From Chiloscyllium plagiosum (taxonomy: Eukaryota), in NCBI RefSeq assembly GCF_004010195.1, contig NC_057719.1:88949901-88983538 (forward strand): a stretch of DNA of 33,638 bases, given 5' to 3'. A model generated the notes under the pieces. The model saw only the letters and a list, made by a program, of their open reading frames with translations. It did no database searches and was not told where the DNA came from. Each line of letters opens with the position of its first letter. Position 1 is the stretch's first letter. Both the position numbers and the translations under genes were made by a program. Below are positions 1 to 11,599 of this stretch, one piece after another.

Positions 1-243
1 ACCTATCACCTTCATCTCCTTCCCCACTGACCTATTGTACTCTATGCTACTCTCTCCCCACCCCCACCCTCCTCTAGCTTATCTCTCCACGCTTCAGGCT
101 CTCTGCCTTTATTCCTGATGAAGGGCTTTTGCCCGAAACGTTGATTTTGCCTGTCCTCGGATGCTGCCTGAACTGCTGTGCTCTTCCAGCACCACTCTAC
201 TCCAGAATCTGGTTTCCAGCATCTGCAGTCATTGTTTTTACCT
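1..243 (+). mobile_element. Penelope-like element terminal-repeat fragment with hammerhead core
   Basis: CTGATGA-A-GGGC-TTTT-GCCC-GAAAC at 115-139 followed by 'ggatgctgcctg..ctgctgtgct..ccagcatctgcagtc'; the same family recurs at ~5685, 8227, 8945, 10420 and 16669. Confidence 0.7.
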
Positions 244-249
244 GGAAAT

Positions 250-837
250 GCACTAGGACTGGTGGGAATGGGGTGGGGGACGCTGGTCCAAATCAGGCCC
301 GCACATCGCCACTCAGTGAGCTCTTTCGATCTGCACCCGGCTCACCTTGGCTTCCCAGCCCAGAAACCATTCTTCAAAGAAACTGGCTGACTGCTCACCT
401 TCCTCTCACTCCGGCAGCCCGGTCATCCGGATGTTTTTTCTTCAACCTCGATTCTCGAGGTTGTTCACCTGCTCTACAAAGGCCCGTACCTGCTTCTCCA
501 GGTCCTGGATACGTCCCACCGAGGACTCGGCTGTGGTCTCTGATGTCGTGGTCCGCCGCTCGACGTCCTCCACTTGCTTCCCAAGACTCTGCAGCTCCTG
601 CTCATGCTTCTGCAGCATGCCCGAGATTGGTTGCAGCCTGGTGCGGCTTTCTACAATTGATGCCTCCATCATCTCCCAGAGTTTCACGATCTCCACAGCC
701 ATGCCTTGTTGCCTCAGTAAGTCCATTGGGATTTTGGGGGGGGCGGGGGGCGCTGCCACTGTAGCCACAGGTGTGTCTGATGCTGCAGGGTAGTGTCCTA
801 CCTGTTGTGATTTATTTTGTCCTTTAAATCTAGTCAT
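250..837 (-). pseudogene. LINE-1-clade ORF1p pseudogene (coiled coil plus start of RRM)
   Basis: ORF 837-442 is a heptad-like coiled coil; reading through stops gives LENRG*RKNIRMTGLPE*EEGEQ..FFEEW..QIERAH*, matching the L1 ORF1p motifs LENRSRRxNIRIxGLPE and IERAHR. Confidence 0.85.
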
Positions 838-1000
838 ATTCGCTTACTAGAAAAAAAATATGAAGCACTTCTACTGATATGAAACTGTTGATTTTCTTCA
901 AAACAGCTTAGTTTGGGATGGTAAAAGCACCACTTTTCCTGAGTATGGTGCAGAGCTCAGCAAGGCAGATCTGTTAGATCACCGCCATTTTAGATCCCCC
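838..1000 (-). promoter_or_regulatory. L1 5' UTR with YY1-like motif near the 5' end
   Basis: Minus strand begins GGGGGATCTAAAATGGCGG (1000-982); AAAATGGCGG fits the YY1 consensus and lies upstream of the ORF1 ATG at 837. Confidence 0.55.
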
Positions 1001-1130
1001 GGAAGGATATTTTTAAACTGGAAAGGATGGAAAAAAAGATTTACAAGGATATTACCCAGACTGGAAGGCCTGAGTTACAAGAAGAGGCTGCATAGGCTGA
1101 AACTTTTTTCCCTGGAGCACTGGAGGCTGA
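1001..1130 (+). mobile_element. CR1 LINE ORF2 C-terminal fragment
   Basis: Degenerate KLER..KRFTRILPRLEGLSYKKRLHRLKLFSLE..RL. Confidence 0.75.
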
Positions 1131-1767
1131 ACTCCCCTCAATTTGATTCCAGTCTGTAACTGACTCCTGGGTTTCTGGTATTCTGTGTATAAAACACCCC
1201 GACCACATCGATTAATTCCAGACGTAACGCACTCCTGGATCTCTGTTATTCTATGCATAAATCACCTCAAATTAGATTCCAAACAGTAACTCACTCATGG
1301 GTATATATTGTTCTACACACAAAAACCACCCAACCCCTTGATAGGATTCCAATATGTAATGCAGCCCCAGTATTTGTGCTTATTTCCATCGGCCTCCTCA
1401 AACTCCTTGACTAGATTCCAGATTCTATCTCATTTCCGTGTATCAGTGTATCAGTTATTCTGCATTGAACCCATCCCTTCCAGTAGATTCCAATTTTTAA
1501 CTCAGACTTGGGTATCTGTTCATTTTAGAAATCAACCCCGATCAATCGATTAGAATCCAGTCTGTAACTCACTCATGGTTATCTTTTATTCTAAATATAA
1601 AACACCCCAAACACTTCGATTAGATTCCAGTCTGTCACTCACTCATGAGTATTTGTTATTCTATATATAAACACCCCGAGCACCTTGATAAAATTCCAAT
1701 CTGTGACTGACTTCCAATTATCTCAGGCTCTGTACATAAACCACCTCAAACCTAGATTAGATTTTTT

Positions 1768-2079
1768 CAGATTAGATTACATTACAGCGTGGAAACAGGC
1801 CCTTCGGCCCAACAAGTCCACACCGACCCGCCGAAGCGCAACCCACCCATGCCCCTACATTTACCCCTTACCTAACACTACGGGCAATTTAGCATGGCCA
1901 ATTTACCTGACCTGCACATCTTTGGACTGTGGGAGGAAACCGGAGCAACCGGAGGAAACCCACGCAGACACGGGGAGAACGTGCAAACTCCACACAGTCA
2001 GTCGCCTGAGGCGGGAATTGAACCCGGGTCTCAGGCGCTGTGAGGCAGCAGTGCTAACCACTGTGCCACCGTGCCGCCC
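1768..2079 (-). mobile_element. HE1-type tRNA-derived V-SINE, near full length
   Basis: Minus strand GGGCGGCACGGTGGCACAGTGGTTAGCACTGCTGCC (A box), GGTTCAATTCC (B box), V-domain GTGTGGAGTTTGCACGTTCTCCCCGTGTCTGCGTGGGTTTCCTCCGG, CR1-like tail ending in AATCT repeats. Confidence 0.92.
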
Positions 2080-2237
2080 ACAAATCAGATTTCAACCTAA
2101 TCAGATTTCAACCTGTAATCCCTCCTAGATATGTTTTATTTTGTATAAAAACAACCCTGAACTCCCTCGATTAGCTTCCAATGTGTAACTCATTCCTCTG
2201 GGTCTGTGACTCTGTTTCTGATACACCTTGAAAGGTA

Positions 2238-2335
2238 CAAATTGGATTGGCTCAGTTCGGGAAAACTGGTTGGCATGGACCAGTTGGTCCGAAGGGCCTG
2301 TTTCTGCAATGTATAACTCCATAATTTCTATCATC
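2238..2335 (+). mobile_element. CR1-type 3' tail
   Basis: 'ggttggcatggaccagttggtccgaagggcctgtttctgcaatgtataactccataattt'. Confidence 0.75.
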
Positions 2336-2863
2336 TCAATTACTCACTTCTGAATATCTGGTATTCTGTATAAAAACCATCTGAAATCCCTCAATTTGAT
2401 TCCAGTCTGTAACACACTGCTAGGTATCTGTCACTTTGTAAAACCGACACCCCGATACTCTGCATTAGATTCTTGCCTGCAACTCACTTCTAAGAATCAG
2501 TTACTGAATGTATAAATCACCCCCTCCATCTCGATTAGATTCAAGTCTGGAACTCACTCCCTGGTATCTGTTACTCTCTTACATAAAGTCTACGCCCTGA
2601 TATCCTCAATTAGATTCCTGTCCGTAACTCTTTTCTGATCCTCTGTTACTCCATACATAAATCACCCTGAACTTTTTGATTAGATTCCTGTCTGTAACTG
2701 TCTTCTGACCCTCTGTTTTTCCATGTATAAACCTCCTTGAACTCCTCAATTAGATTCCTGTCTGGAGCTCAATGCCTGGTATCTGTTACTCTGTATGTAA
2801 ATCCTCACTGAACCCCCAATTAGATTCCATGCTGTAACTCACATCCAGGTATCTGTTATTCAA

Positions 2864-3750
2864 TATGTGAGAGAGAGTAAGTGTGCGTGTGTGTGTTGTG
2901 TAAGTGAGAGTCAGTGTGTGTGCGTGAAAATATGTGTGTATGAGAGTGTGCTGAGCACGTGAGCATGTATGTGACAGCATTTGTGTGTTACTCTGTGTGT
3001 GTGTATGTGTGTCAGCTCGTGTGAGAGAGAGAGAGTGTGTGTGTGTGTTAGGAGTTCCATCATAGAATCATTGATACTCAGACTATTCACTCAGATGGAC
3101 ACCCACAGGCCTGGTCTCTCTCCTTCACGCAGAAATGCTCGCTTACAGTCAGAAACACACACACGCACACACACAAGCAAATAAATATAGACAAATTTGA
3201 TGGAAATATTGAAATAGAAGTCAGACAGAGTTATATCTGGAAATCATCCTGGCAGCAGGAATATTCTGAGGACCATCACTGGGGCAGGGAGATAAACACA
3301 TGGTTTAAAGTGTTACAGCATGGAGTTACAGCATGGAATCATTGACACTCAAACTGTACATTCGCATGGACGGACACACACACAGACATGGTGTCTCTCT
3401 CTCTGTCTCTCACACATGCACACATACACACACAGATGCACACGCATGCACACACACACACATACACACAGAAGCATGGTGTATCTCTGTCTCTCCCACA
3501 CACAGAAGCATGGTGGTATCTCTGTCTCTCACATACACACACAGAGGCATGGTCTCTCTCTCTCTCTCTGTCTCTCACAAACACATACACACACAAATGC
3601 ATCGTCTCTCTCTCTCTCTCTCTCTGACACACACACACAAACACATACATGCATGGTGTTTTTCTCTCTCTCACACACACACACAGTGCAACAGTGCATG
3701 GTCTCTCTCTCTCTCTCTCACACACTCTCTCTCACACATACACAGACATT
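2864..3750. repeat. Compound CA/TG/CT microsatellite region with loose 'gcatggt(ct)n(ca)n' periodicity
   Basis: Directly visible low-complexity dinucleotide runs. Confidence 0.9.
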
Positions 3751-3769
3751 TCAATGACAGTACTGAGTT

Positions 3770-4305
3770 CAGACGTTCACGGACTCTCTCCCAGACCCTC
3801 ACCGACTCATCCCTAGACCATCACTGACTTTCTCCAGACTTTCCCTGACTCTCCCCCAGGACCTCACTGACTCTCCCCTTCCTCACTGGGCCATGTACTG
3901 GCAAGTGGGACTAGATATCTGGATATCAGGGTAGCATGGATAATTTGGACTGAAGCGTCTGCCTTTGTGCTGTATATCTCCAAGTGGGACTGGATTGGGT
4001 TGGGATATCTGGTCGGCATGGGCAACTTAGACCGAGGGTCTGTTTCCATGCTGTACATCTCTATGATTCTATGACTCTCCCCTAAACCCTCACTGATCCT
4101 CCCCCTGACCCTCACTGACTCTCCCTCAGACCCTCATTGATTGTCCCCAGAACCTCACTGACTCTTCCCTAGATCTTCACTGACCCTTCCCCAGAACCTC
4201 ACTGACTCTCCACAGAACATCAATGACTCTCCCCCAGAACCTCACTGACACTCGCCCAGAATATCACTGACCCTCCCACAGAACCTCACTGACTCTCCCC
4301 CGCCC
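3770..4305. repeat. 22-bp minisatellite (cctcactgactctcccccagaa) interrupted by CR1 tails at ~3890-4075
   Basis: Units start at 4153, 4175, 4197, 4218, 4240; two tandem 'gcaagtgggact.gat..gtcggcatgg..gggtctgtttccatgctgtacatctctatga'-type tails inside. Confidence 0.85.
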
Positions 4306-5008
4306 CAACAAAACCTGTGTATTGTGCCCATGTTCTCCCCAGTCCTGTGTTGGAGGGAGTTTGGGTGGAGGGTGGAGAGGGGTAAATATGTGTGTTGGAG
4401 CAGCAGGCCTATGATCAATGTTTTACATTCCAACTCTGCTGAAATATGCGAAAAGGAGAAATAAATAAAACATTTAAAGTTAAGTTAGGAAGGGGCAGAC
4501 AGATATAGAGAGAGGGAGCGAGAGTTTGCTCTATTCTGGGAACCACACAGAGCTCTGTGTCAGGGGGTCTACAGTCAGACTCTGAGCTGTTCGTCTGGAA
4601 CCAATGTTTAATATTTTCAAACTGCACTGGCATAGCTAACAAGGCTTCAAAAGATTTTAGAAAAGGAATGGTGAAGCTTTGCTACCCTAGAATTAGCGTC
4701 TCAATGGGCAGGACGATCCAACAAGGCTCCTGTCCTGGGAATTAACAGCTCAACAACACAGAAGCCTCCCCAGGGAACAAAATGACAGACATTGCTATGT
4801 GTCAGAGATTCCACGGATGGAGTCAGCAAACACTTCACTGAGAATAATATTGGACAAGAAAATGTCAGCTTCATTCTCAAACCCTGTTCTCTCTCTCTCT
4901 CTCTCTCTTTGTTGAGACAGTGAGCAACTCTCTCAGTTTGCGCCTGTGTGTGTTTATTGATGTTTCAAGTCTCTGGTTCATTGCTGTCCTGTGACTTGTT
5001 TGTATTTC

Positions 5009-5132
5009 AAAGTTAAAAATCACACAACACTAGCTTTCGGAACGCTCCTGATGAAGGAGCAGTGCTCCGAAAGCTAATGCTTCCAATTAAGCCTGTTGGA
5101 CTATAACATGGTGTTGTGTGATTTTTAACTTT
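5009..5132. mobile_element. Penelope-derived fold-back insert with 22-bp terminal inverted repeat and hammerhead core
   Basis: aaagttaaaaatcacacaacac (5009-5030) is the exact reverse complement of 5111-5132; CTGATGA-A-GGAGC-AGT-GCTCC-GAAA-GCTA at 5048-5076. Confidence 0.7.
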
Positions 5133-5684
5133 ATATGTCAAAGTTGCTGTGATGTATACATTGTGATGGGCAGGGGTGTTTTTAAACCTGGGATTTTGCT
5201 GTGTAACTTGCCTTCAAAATGCTGTCGCTCTCCCTTTCAACTAATCTTTCCTCTCTTTTATCTCGAGGAACTTTTGTTTGGAAGGCTGTAACGTGATGAT
5301 CCAAAATCAGGGGCCAGGAAAGTCTTGGACAAGAACAAGCTGCAGAGGGGACACACTCCTGTGGCCTGAGGCCTGTTTGACAGGCTTCACCCCATGGGGG
5401 CCCCCGTGAGTTGCGTGTTTATTGACCCAGAAGTTTAATCTCCCCTGGGTTTTAGGGGCCTCTGTTTAACTGGCTCTTGTTGGATTGTGGCCCTGTCAAT
5501 TTTAAAACAGGTTTGAAGCCCAGGGTTAAAGTAACGGGGGCCTTGGGATTTGATACAAATATATCAATTCCTAGTTAGTGTCTGACAGTCAGGACTCCCC
5601 AATGAAGAAATTAAAAGTTTAAATGAGAAACTCACTCCAAAGACTTGTTCTAATGTCAGAGTAATGTGAGATGTGTGTATGTGT

Positions 5685-5851
5685 TTTATCTCTCCACCCT
5701 GGAGGCTCCCTGCCTTCATTCCTGATGAAGGGCTTTTGCCTGAAACGTCAATTTTCCTGCTCCTCGGATGATGCCCGACCTGCTGTGCTTTTCCAGCACC
5801 ACTCTAATCTAGACTCTGATTTCCTGCATCTGCAGTCATCACTTTTGCCCT
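5685..5851 (+). mobile_element. Penelope-like terminal-repeat fragment
   Basis: Homologous to 78-243; hammerhead core at 5722-5749. Confidence 0.7.
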
Positions 5852-7346
5852 GAGATATGTATAGACCAGGGTGATCAAATGTGATCATCGCATAAATAAG
5901 ATACAGGTTGGCCATTTCAATTCAATACCCTGAATATCTGGGAGGGGATCTCTCTGTCTTTCTGTCTCTGTCCCCTGTCTCAAACTCTCTCCAGCACTCT
6001 TTTGTTGATTTTTCCATACAAATAAAACCATCCCACACTCAATAATGTGACTTGTGGTTATTTGAAGTGGGGGAGATGGAAATATTTTACAGCACAAGAT
6101 GATTGTTTTTGCGACAAAGGAGTGAAAAAACACAAGATGCAGACACAGAGAGAGAGAGAGAGTGTGAGTGTGTGTGGGAAAGAAGGAGTGATAGAGGGAT
6201 AGGATGTGTTTTTGTAGCTGGGCTGGGAAAGGGAGACTGGATCTGGAGGAGGGGGAGAGAAAGTGCCATCTGCAGAATTAAATCCAGGGATGGAGGGCGT
6301 GAATTTTCTTAAAAAGGTGTCCTAAATAAATCCACAGTCTCTTGCTGGGATTTGGGCACATTCTGGAGTCAGAAGGGAGTATTTTGTGAGATGTCACTGT
6401 GCAATAATGGCCCACAGCATTGATGGCACAGAGACTGCTGGGAAACAGTGCCCCAGGTTATAAAATGAATATTGTCAAATGTAAACGCTGCAGTCTTTTG
6501 AAAGGTGAGATAAAGATTACAATGTGCAATATTAAATCAGAGAGACAGAAAATAAATTAGAGATGGAGAAGTGATGGGTTGAGAAAGAGAGAGAGAGAGA
6601 GAGAGAGAGAAAGTGGGAAATGGTTTGAATTTGTCAAACAGAAGGAACTTTGTTGTCCTGGAGCCAGAATTGAACCCTAAACCGGCGTCAGAGAAACACA
6701 CAATCTGCCTGAGGTCACACTGCTACTCCTGGATCTTGTTATGTCTCAAATCACCTGCAGAGTATCCTGCTTTGCAACAAGTGGCTCAGTGTCAAAATGT
6801 AGTTTACAGAGGCTTGGATTTTACATTTTCCTTCCCTCTTTCTCTCTCTCTCGCTCTGTCTCATCTCCTTCTCTCTATACCTCCCTCAGTCTGGTTCTCC
6901 CTCTCTTTCTTTCTGTCCATAGTCAGGGTCTTTCTTTCCGTCTTTCTCTCTCTGCCTCTCTTTTTCTCTCTCTCCATCATCATTCCTGACTCTGGGTCTC
7001 CCCCCAACCCCCACAATCTCTCCATGCCGGCCCACATTTTAAAATGCCAAGGCTGCGAAGTGACAGGTCAGATTTACAAAATGACAGGAGCGACCACCTT
7101 TCAGAGACAGAGATTGGAATCAGAGTGAGTGTGTGGAAAGAGAGATGGAAGGAGAGAAAGAGAGGGAGAAAGGGAGAGCATAGAAAGGAAAATATGAAAG
7201 TGGGATCGGAGGGCTGGAGTGGGGATGGGTGGGTGATATGGGGGGAGTGCATAGACACAAGGGTTGGGGGTGGGGAGGAGGGGGTCTCCTGTGTTCAATC
7301 ATTGAACATTGAAAGTGCAGCCCGTGAGTGAAGATGACAGCCTGGG

Positions 7347-8485
7347 ATAGAGAATCATAGAGTTATAGAGATGTACAGCATGGAAACAGACCCTTCGGTC
7401 CAACCCGTCCATGCCGACTAGACATCCCAACTCAATCTAGTCCCACCTGCCAGCACCCAGCCCATATTCCTCCAAACCCTTCCTATTCATATACCCACCC
7501 AAATGCCTCTTAACTGTTGCAATTGTACTAGCCTTCACCACTTCCTCTGGCAGCTCATTCCATACATGTACCACCCTCTGTGTGAAAAAGTTGCCCCTTA
7601 GATCTCTTTTATATCTTTCCCCTCTCACCCTAAACCTCTCACCCTAGTGCTGGACTCCCCCAGGCCAGGGAAAAGACTTTGCCTATTTACCCTATCCATG
7701 CCCCTCATAATTTTGTAAACCTCTTTAAGGTCACCCCTCAGCCTCTGATGGTCCAGGGAAAACAGCCCCAGCCATATAGCTCAAATCTTCCAACCTTGGC
7801 AACATCCTCGTAAATCTTTTCTGAACCCTTTCAGGTTTCACAACATCTTTCCGATAGGAAGGAGACCAGAATTACATGCAATATTCCAACAGTGGCCTAA
7901 CCAATGTCCTGTATAGCCGCAACATGACCTCCCAACCCCTGTACTTAATACTCTGACCAATAAAGAAAAGCATACCAAACGCCTTCTTCACTAACCTATC
8001 TACCTGCGACTCCACACTCAAGGAGTTATGAACCTGCACTCCAAGGTCTCTTTGTTCAGCAACACTCCCTAGGACTTTACCATTAAGTGTGTAAGTCCTG
8101 CTAAGATTTGCTTTCCCAAAATGCAGCACCTTGTATTTATCTGAACTAAACTCCACCTGCCACTTCTCAGCCCATTGGCCCATCTGGTCAAGATCCTGTT
8201 GTACTCTGAGGTAACCCTCTTCGCTGGAAATGTGTTGCTGGAAAAGCGCAGCAGGTCAGGCAGCATCCAGGGAACAGGAGAATCGACGTTTCGGGCATAA
8301 GCCCTTCTTCCTGAAGAAGGGCTTATGCCCGAAACGTTGATTCTCCTTTGCCCTGGATGCTGCCTGACCTGTTGCGCTTTTCCAGCAACACATTTCCAGC
8401 TCTGATCTCCAGCATCTGCAGACCTCACTTTCTAACCCTCTTCGCTGTCCACTACACCTCCAATTTTGGTGTCATCTGCAAACTT
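7347..8485 (-). mobile_element. CR1 LINE, 5'-truncated 3' portion (RT end to 3' tail)
   Basis: KFADDTKIG, QWAEKWQVEF, RDLGVQVH, RTLVRPLLEYC, NFFTQRVVHVWNELPEEVV and a CTCTATGA-like 3' tail. Confidence 0.93.
8227..8432. mobile_element. Palindromic Penelope-like insert nested in CR1, with 15-bp target-site duplication
   Basis: TSD taaccctcttcgctg at 8212-8226 and 8433-8447; arms ~8223-8310 and ~8313-8400 are reverse complements. Confidence 0.88.
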
Positions 8486-8944
8486 GGAACGAGACAGACA
8501 GAGAGATACACAGAGATGTGCAGCCTCTCAACCTTTGTAGCCTCTGAGTTCTGACTGGGTGTGTGTGATGTGTTCCTAATAGAACGTAGGGAGATTGCAT
8601 TTGGGATCGTGCGGTGGTCCCTTCATTATAAATTTTTCCCCTTACCGGGGATTGTGTTGGAACCTTGGGAGGATGGGTAGTCAGGAGGCTGAGTCTGCAT
8701 GAGACTTTGTGAATCATTGAAAAGTCATATCTGTGGTTTGGAGTGGAGTACAGGGCAGTGAGGGTTAAATGGAAGGTGCAGACACCACTCGAACGTAGCT
8801 TATTGAGGAGCTGAGGGCAATGGCTGAGGGTAGGGGAGGGCTGAATTCCCCTTCTGTCCAACCAGCCCTGAAGTTGAAAGTTAGTAATTCCTGGTAACTT
8901 AAGGGAGGCCTGTTTTCACATTGCAGCCTGTGGGATCTTCCTGT

Positions 8945-9118
8945 GCAGGAACAACTTCCTCCCTTCCTTTACCGAAGCAATGGGAATCTACCTATCGCAT
9001 TCTCAGTTACATTCCCACCATCCCCCCTCCCCCTCCCATTTATCTCTCTGTCCCCTTGGACTATAAGCCTCATTCCTGATGAAGAGCTAATGCTCCAAAC
9101 GTCGACTGTCCTGCTCCC
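8945..9118 (+). mobile_element. Penelope-like terminal-repeat fragment
   Basis: Same family as 1-243; degenerate core CTGATGA-A-GAGC-TAAT-GCTC-CAAAC at 9076-9100. Confidence 0.65.
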
Positions 9119-9119
9119 A

Positions 9120-9290
9120 GGGCAAATTGTTGTTGACCATTGCTCCGAGGAACTTGACACTGTTGACCACCTCCATCTCAGCACAACTGATGTGTGGGTG
9201 TGCCCTCTACCTAGGTTCCTGAAGTCAATGACCAGTTCTTTTGTTTTGCTCATGTTGAGGTTTGCTGATTGTGATCTTTACACCATTCCA
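9120..9290 (-). mobile_element. Rex1/Babar LINE RT fragment
   Basis: SKTKELVIDFR and 'VEMEVVNSVKFLG'-like motifs. Confidence 0.75.
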
Positions 9291-9638
9291 CCAATTTTCT
9301 CTCTCACATCTCTCCTTCAATTTCCATCTCTCCCATTCTTCACGTCTTCTGTTCACATTCCCCTGTAGTGTCCCTTCCTACAATTCTCTACTTCCTCACT
9401 CTTTCTGATTAATCGTTCAATCTTTCCAATCTCAATCTCCCCGCTCACCTCTCTCCAGACCGTTCTCTCTCTCTCTGCCCTGTGGGATCTTGCTATTCCT
9501 GGCAGAAGAATAGCAAGGTCCTATTCACTATTCTATCTCACTTCCCCACCCCTCCCCCTCCGCCCTCCCCTTTGCTGAATATGTCTCTTTCCCTCTGTGG
9601 CTGCTGTTCACACATTTTCTGCAATCATCTCTCTCTCT

Positions 9639-9669
<31 letters not shown>

Positions 9670-9759
9670 CTCTCATTCCAGCTCTCTTTCTGGCTGTCTG
9701 TGTCTCCTGGGGATTTCTTTCTACACTGTCCCCATCAAACACTCCCAGCACAAGGACAA

Positions 9760-10360
9760 AATTAGGCAGCATTGTATAAAGTGCACATAGCATCATAAAA
9801 TTACAAAGGGATATTGATAGACTGGGTGCATGGGGTCTGTTTCGTCTACAATTGAGAAGGTCGAGAATTAACAGGATGAGACAGATTAAGTTCAATGATT
9901 CCCACTATTTGGAGATTCTAGAATGAGCAAGAGCAGAGTCTGAGAAATCGGGCCAGAGCATTCAGGATAGATATTAGGAAGCACATGTTATACAAAGGAT
10001 GTGGGATGTTTGAACCACACTGAAACCCTCGATGCAGATTGCAATCTGTGATATCTGTTATTCTGTATATATCTGTCTCGTCCTATTAATTTCTTGAAGT
10101 CTTTGGATAGATCACCCCTTCATCTCAGTTGTAGAACCAGTGGTTTTGATCTACCCTATCTCATCCTGTTAATATCTTGAAGACATCGATAAGATCACCC
10201 TTAACCTTCTCAGTTCGAGAGGAAACAGGCTTCATTTGTATGACCTCTTCTCTGACTGTAACCCCCAAAGTGCATGATTGTTCTTACAAATCTCCTTTGT
10301 ACTCCCTCTTTCCACTATTAGAATACAATGTGCAGTTCTGGTTTCCCTCCTATCAGAACG
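9760..10360. mobile_element. Old degenerate CR1 fragments (both orientations)
   Basis: 'ataaaattacaaagggatattgatagactggg' (LQRDIDRL), 'ccactattagaatacaatgtgcagttctggtttccctcctatcaga' (PLLEY.VQFW.P), and antisense 'gatcacccttaaccttct'. Confidence 0.6.
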
Positions 10361-10419
10361 ATTAATCAGCAAGAGTGAGGAAGTAGAGAGTTGTAGGAAG
10401 GAAATAAACTGGGAAAGAT

Positions 10420-10632
10420 ACCTATCACATTCCCAGCTACCTTTGTCCCAGCCCCAGCCCCCCCTCCCACTTTTCTGTCAGGCTCCTTGGGCCACAAGCC
10501 TCATTCCTGATGAAAAGCTTATGCTTGAAACATCGACTCTCCTGCTCCTCGGATGTTGCCTGACCTGCTGTGCTTTTCCAGCACCACACTCCTCGACTCT
10601 GACCTCCAGCATCTGCAGTCCTTACTTTCTCC
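10420..10632 (+). mobile_element. Penelope-like terminal-repeat fragment
   Basis: Core CTGATGA-A-AAGC-TTAT-GCTT-GAAAC at 10507-10531; tail 'ccagcatctgcagtccttactttctcc'. Confidence 0.7.
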
Positions 10633-11245
10633 TAACAATCTATCCTGGTCCATCCAGGTTGATGATACAGTCAGGAAAACATTACAATGCCTCTACTTCC
10701 TCAGGAGGCTAAGGAAGTTTGGCATGTCGATAAAGACTTTTTACCAACCTTTATAGATGCACCACAGAAAGCATCCTATCTGAATACATCATGGATTTGT
10801 ATGGCAACTTGCTCTGTTCAGGACCATAAGAAACTACAGAGAGCTGTGAACATAGCCCCGTCCCCCATGCAAGCCAACCTTCCACCCATTGATTCTATTG
10901 ATATTTCTCGCTGTCCCAAGAAGGCAGCTAACATAATCAAAGACCTCTCCCACCCTGGTTATGACCTCTTCCAACCACTTCCATTGGGCAGAAGATACAA
11001 ATGCTAAAACACACGCATCAACAGATACAAGAACAGCTTCTTTCCTCCCTGTTATTAGACTTCTGAATGGACTTCTCAAATTTTAAATTTCATGTTGATC
11101 TTGTTCTTTGGGCACTTTCTTTGCAGCTGTAACGTTGTATTCTTTGAGCTGTTCTAATACCCTAATGCACTTGATGAGGTATGATCAGCCAGAAAACAAT
11201 TTTTCACTGTACCTTGGTATAGTAACAATAATAAATCAAATCAAA
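10633..11245 (+). mobile_element. Rex1/Babar LINE 3' end
   Basis: NNLSWS..LYFLRRLRKFGMS, HKKLQRAVNIA, NIIKDLSHPGYDLFQPLPLGRRY, KNSF; ends aataaatcaaatcaaa. Confidence 0.88.
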
Positions 11246-11324
11246 AGAACCATAGGAGCCCCCACTAAAGCATATGGGGGTTACCAGTTATCAGTTACTA
11301 TGTCATCATGGATGTGGCTACGAG

Positions 11325-11575
11325 ATTAAACTCCATCTGATACTCCTCGGCCCATTGGTGCAACAGGCCAAAATCCCATTGTAATCTGAGGTAACCTTCT
11401 TTGCTGTCCATTACTCCTCTAATATAGGTGTCATCTGCAAACTTACTAACTGTACCCCTGATGTTCACATTCAAATCATTTACATAAATGACAAAAGCTG
11501 TCGCTCCTGCCCCAAACCTTTGAGTGCTGCCAAAGTACCACCAATATATCTCCTGCCCCACAAGATGACCGGAGA
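11325..11575 (-). mobile_element. CR1 LINE RT fragment
   Basis: FVIYVNDL..VSKFADDT..QWAEEYQMEFN. Confidence 0.85.
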
Positions 11576-11599
11576 TTCTGGAACACTGTAAACCACTCC

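Larger units (their letters stand above)
1131..2863. repeat. ~70-bp minisatellite, about 20 diverged units
   Basis: Recurring 'gattagattccagtctgtaactcactcctgggtatctgttattct..ataaacaccc'; period 70 (1548 vs 1618); interrupted by a SINE and a CR1 tail. Confidence 0.9.

Noticed and set aside
129..793. Plus-strand ORFs of 211 and 148 aa
   Set aside because: Antisense shadows of the L1 ORF1 and the Penelope-like fragment.
2005..2079. tRNA gene
   Set aside because: The A/B boxes are the tRNA-derived head of an HE1-type SINE, continuous with its V-domain and tail.
2786..3827. His/Thr/Ser/Leu-rich ORFs
   Set aside because: Products of CA/CT microsatellites.
5148..5670. Possible LTR-like blocks at 5148-5670 and 8565-8920
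   Set aside because: No convincing TSD, PBS/PPT or paired termini; left unassigned.
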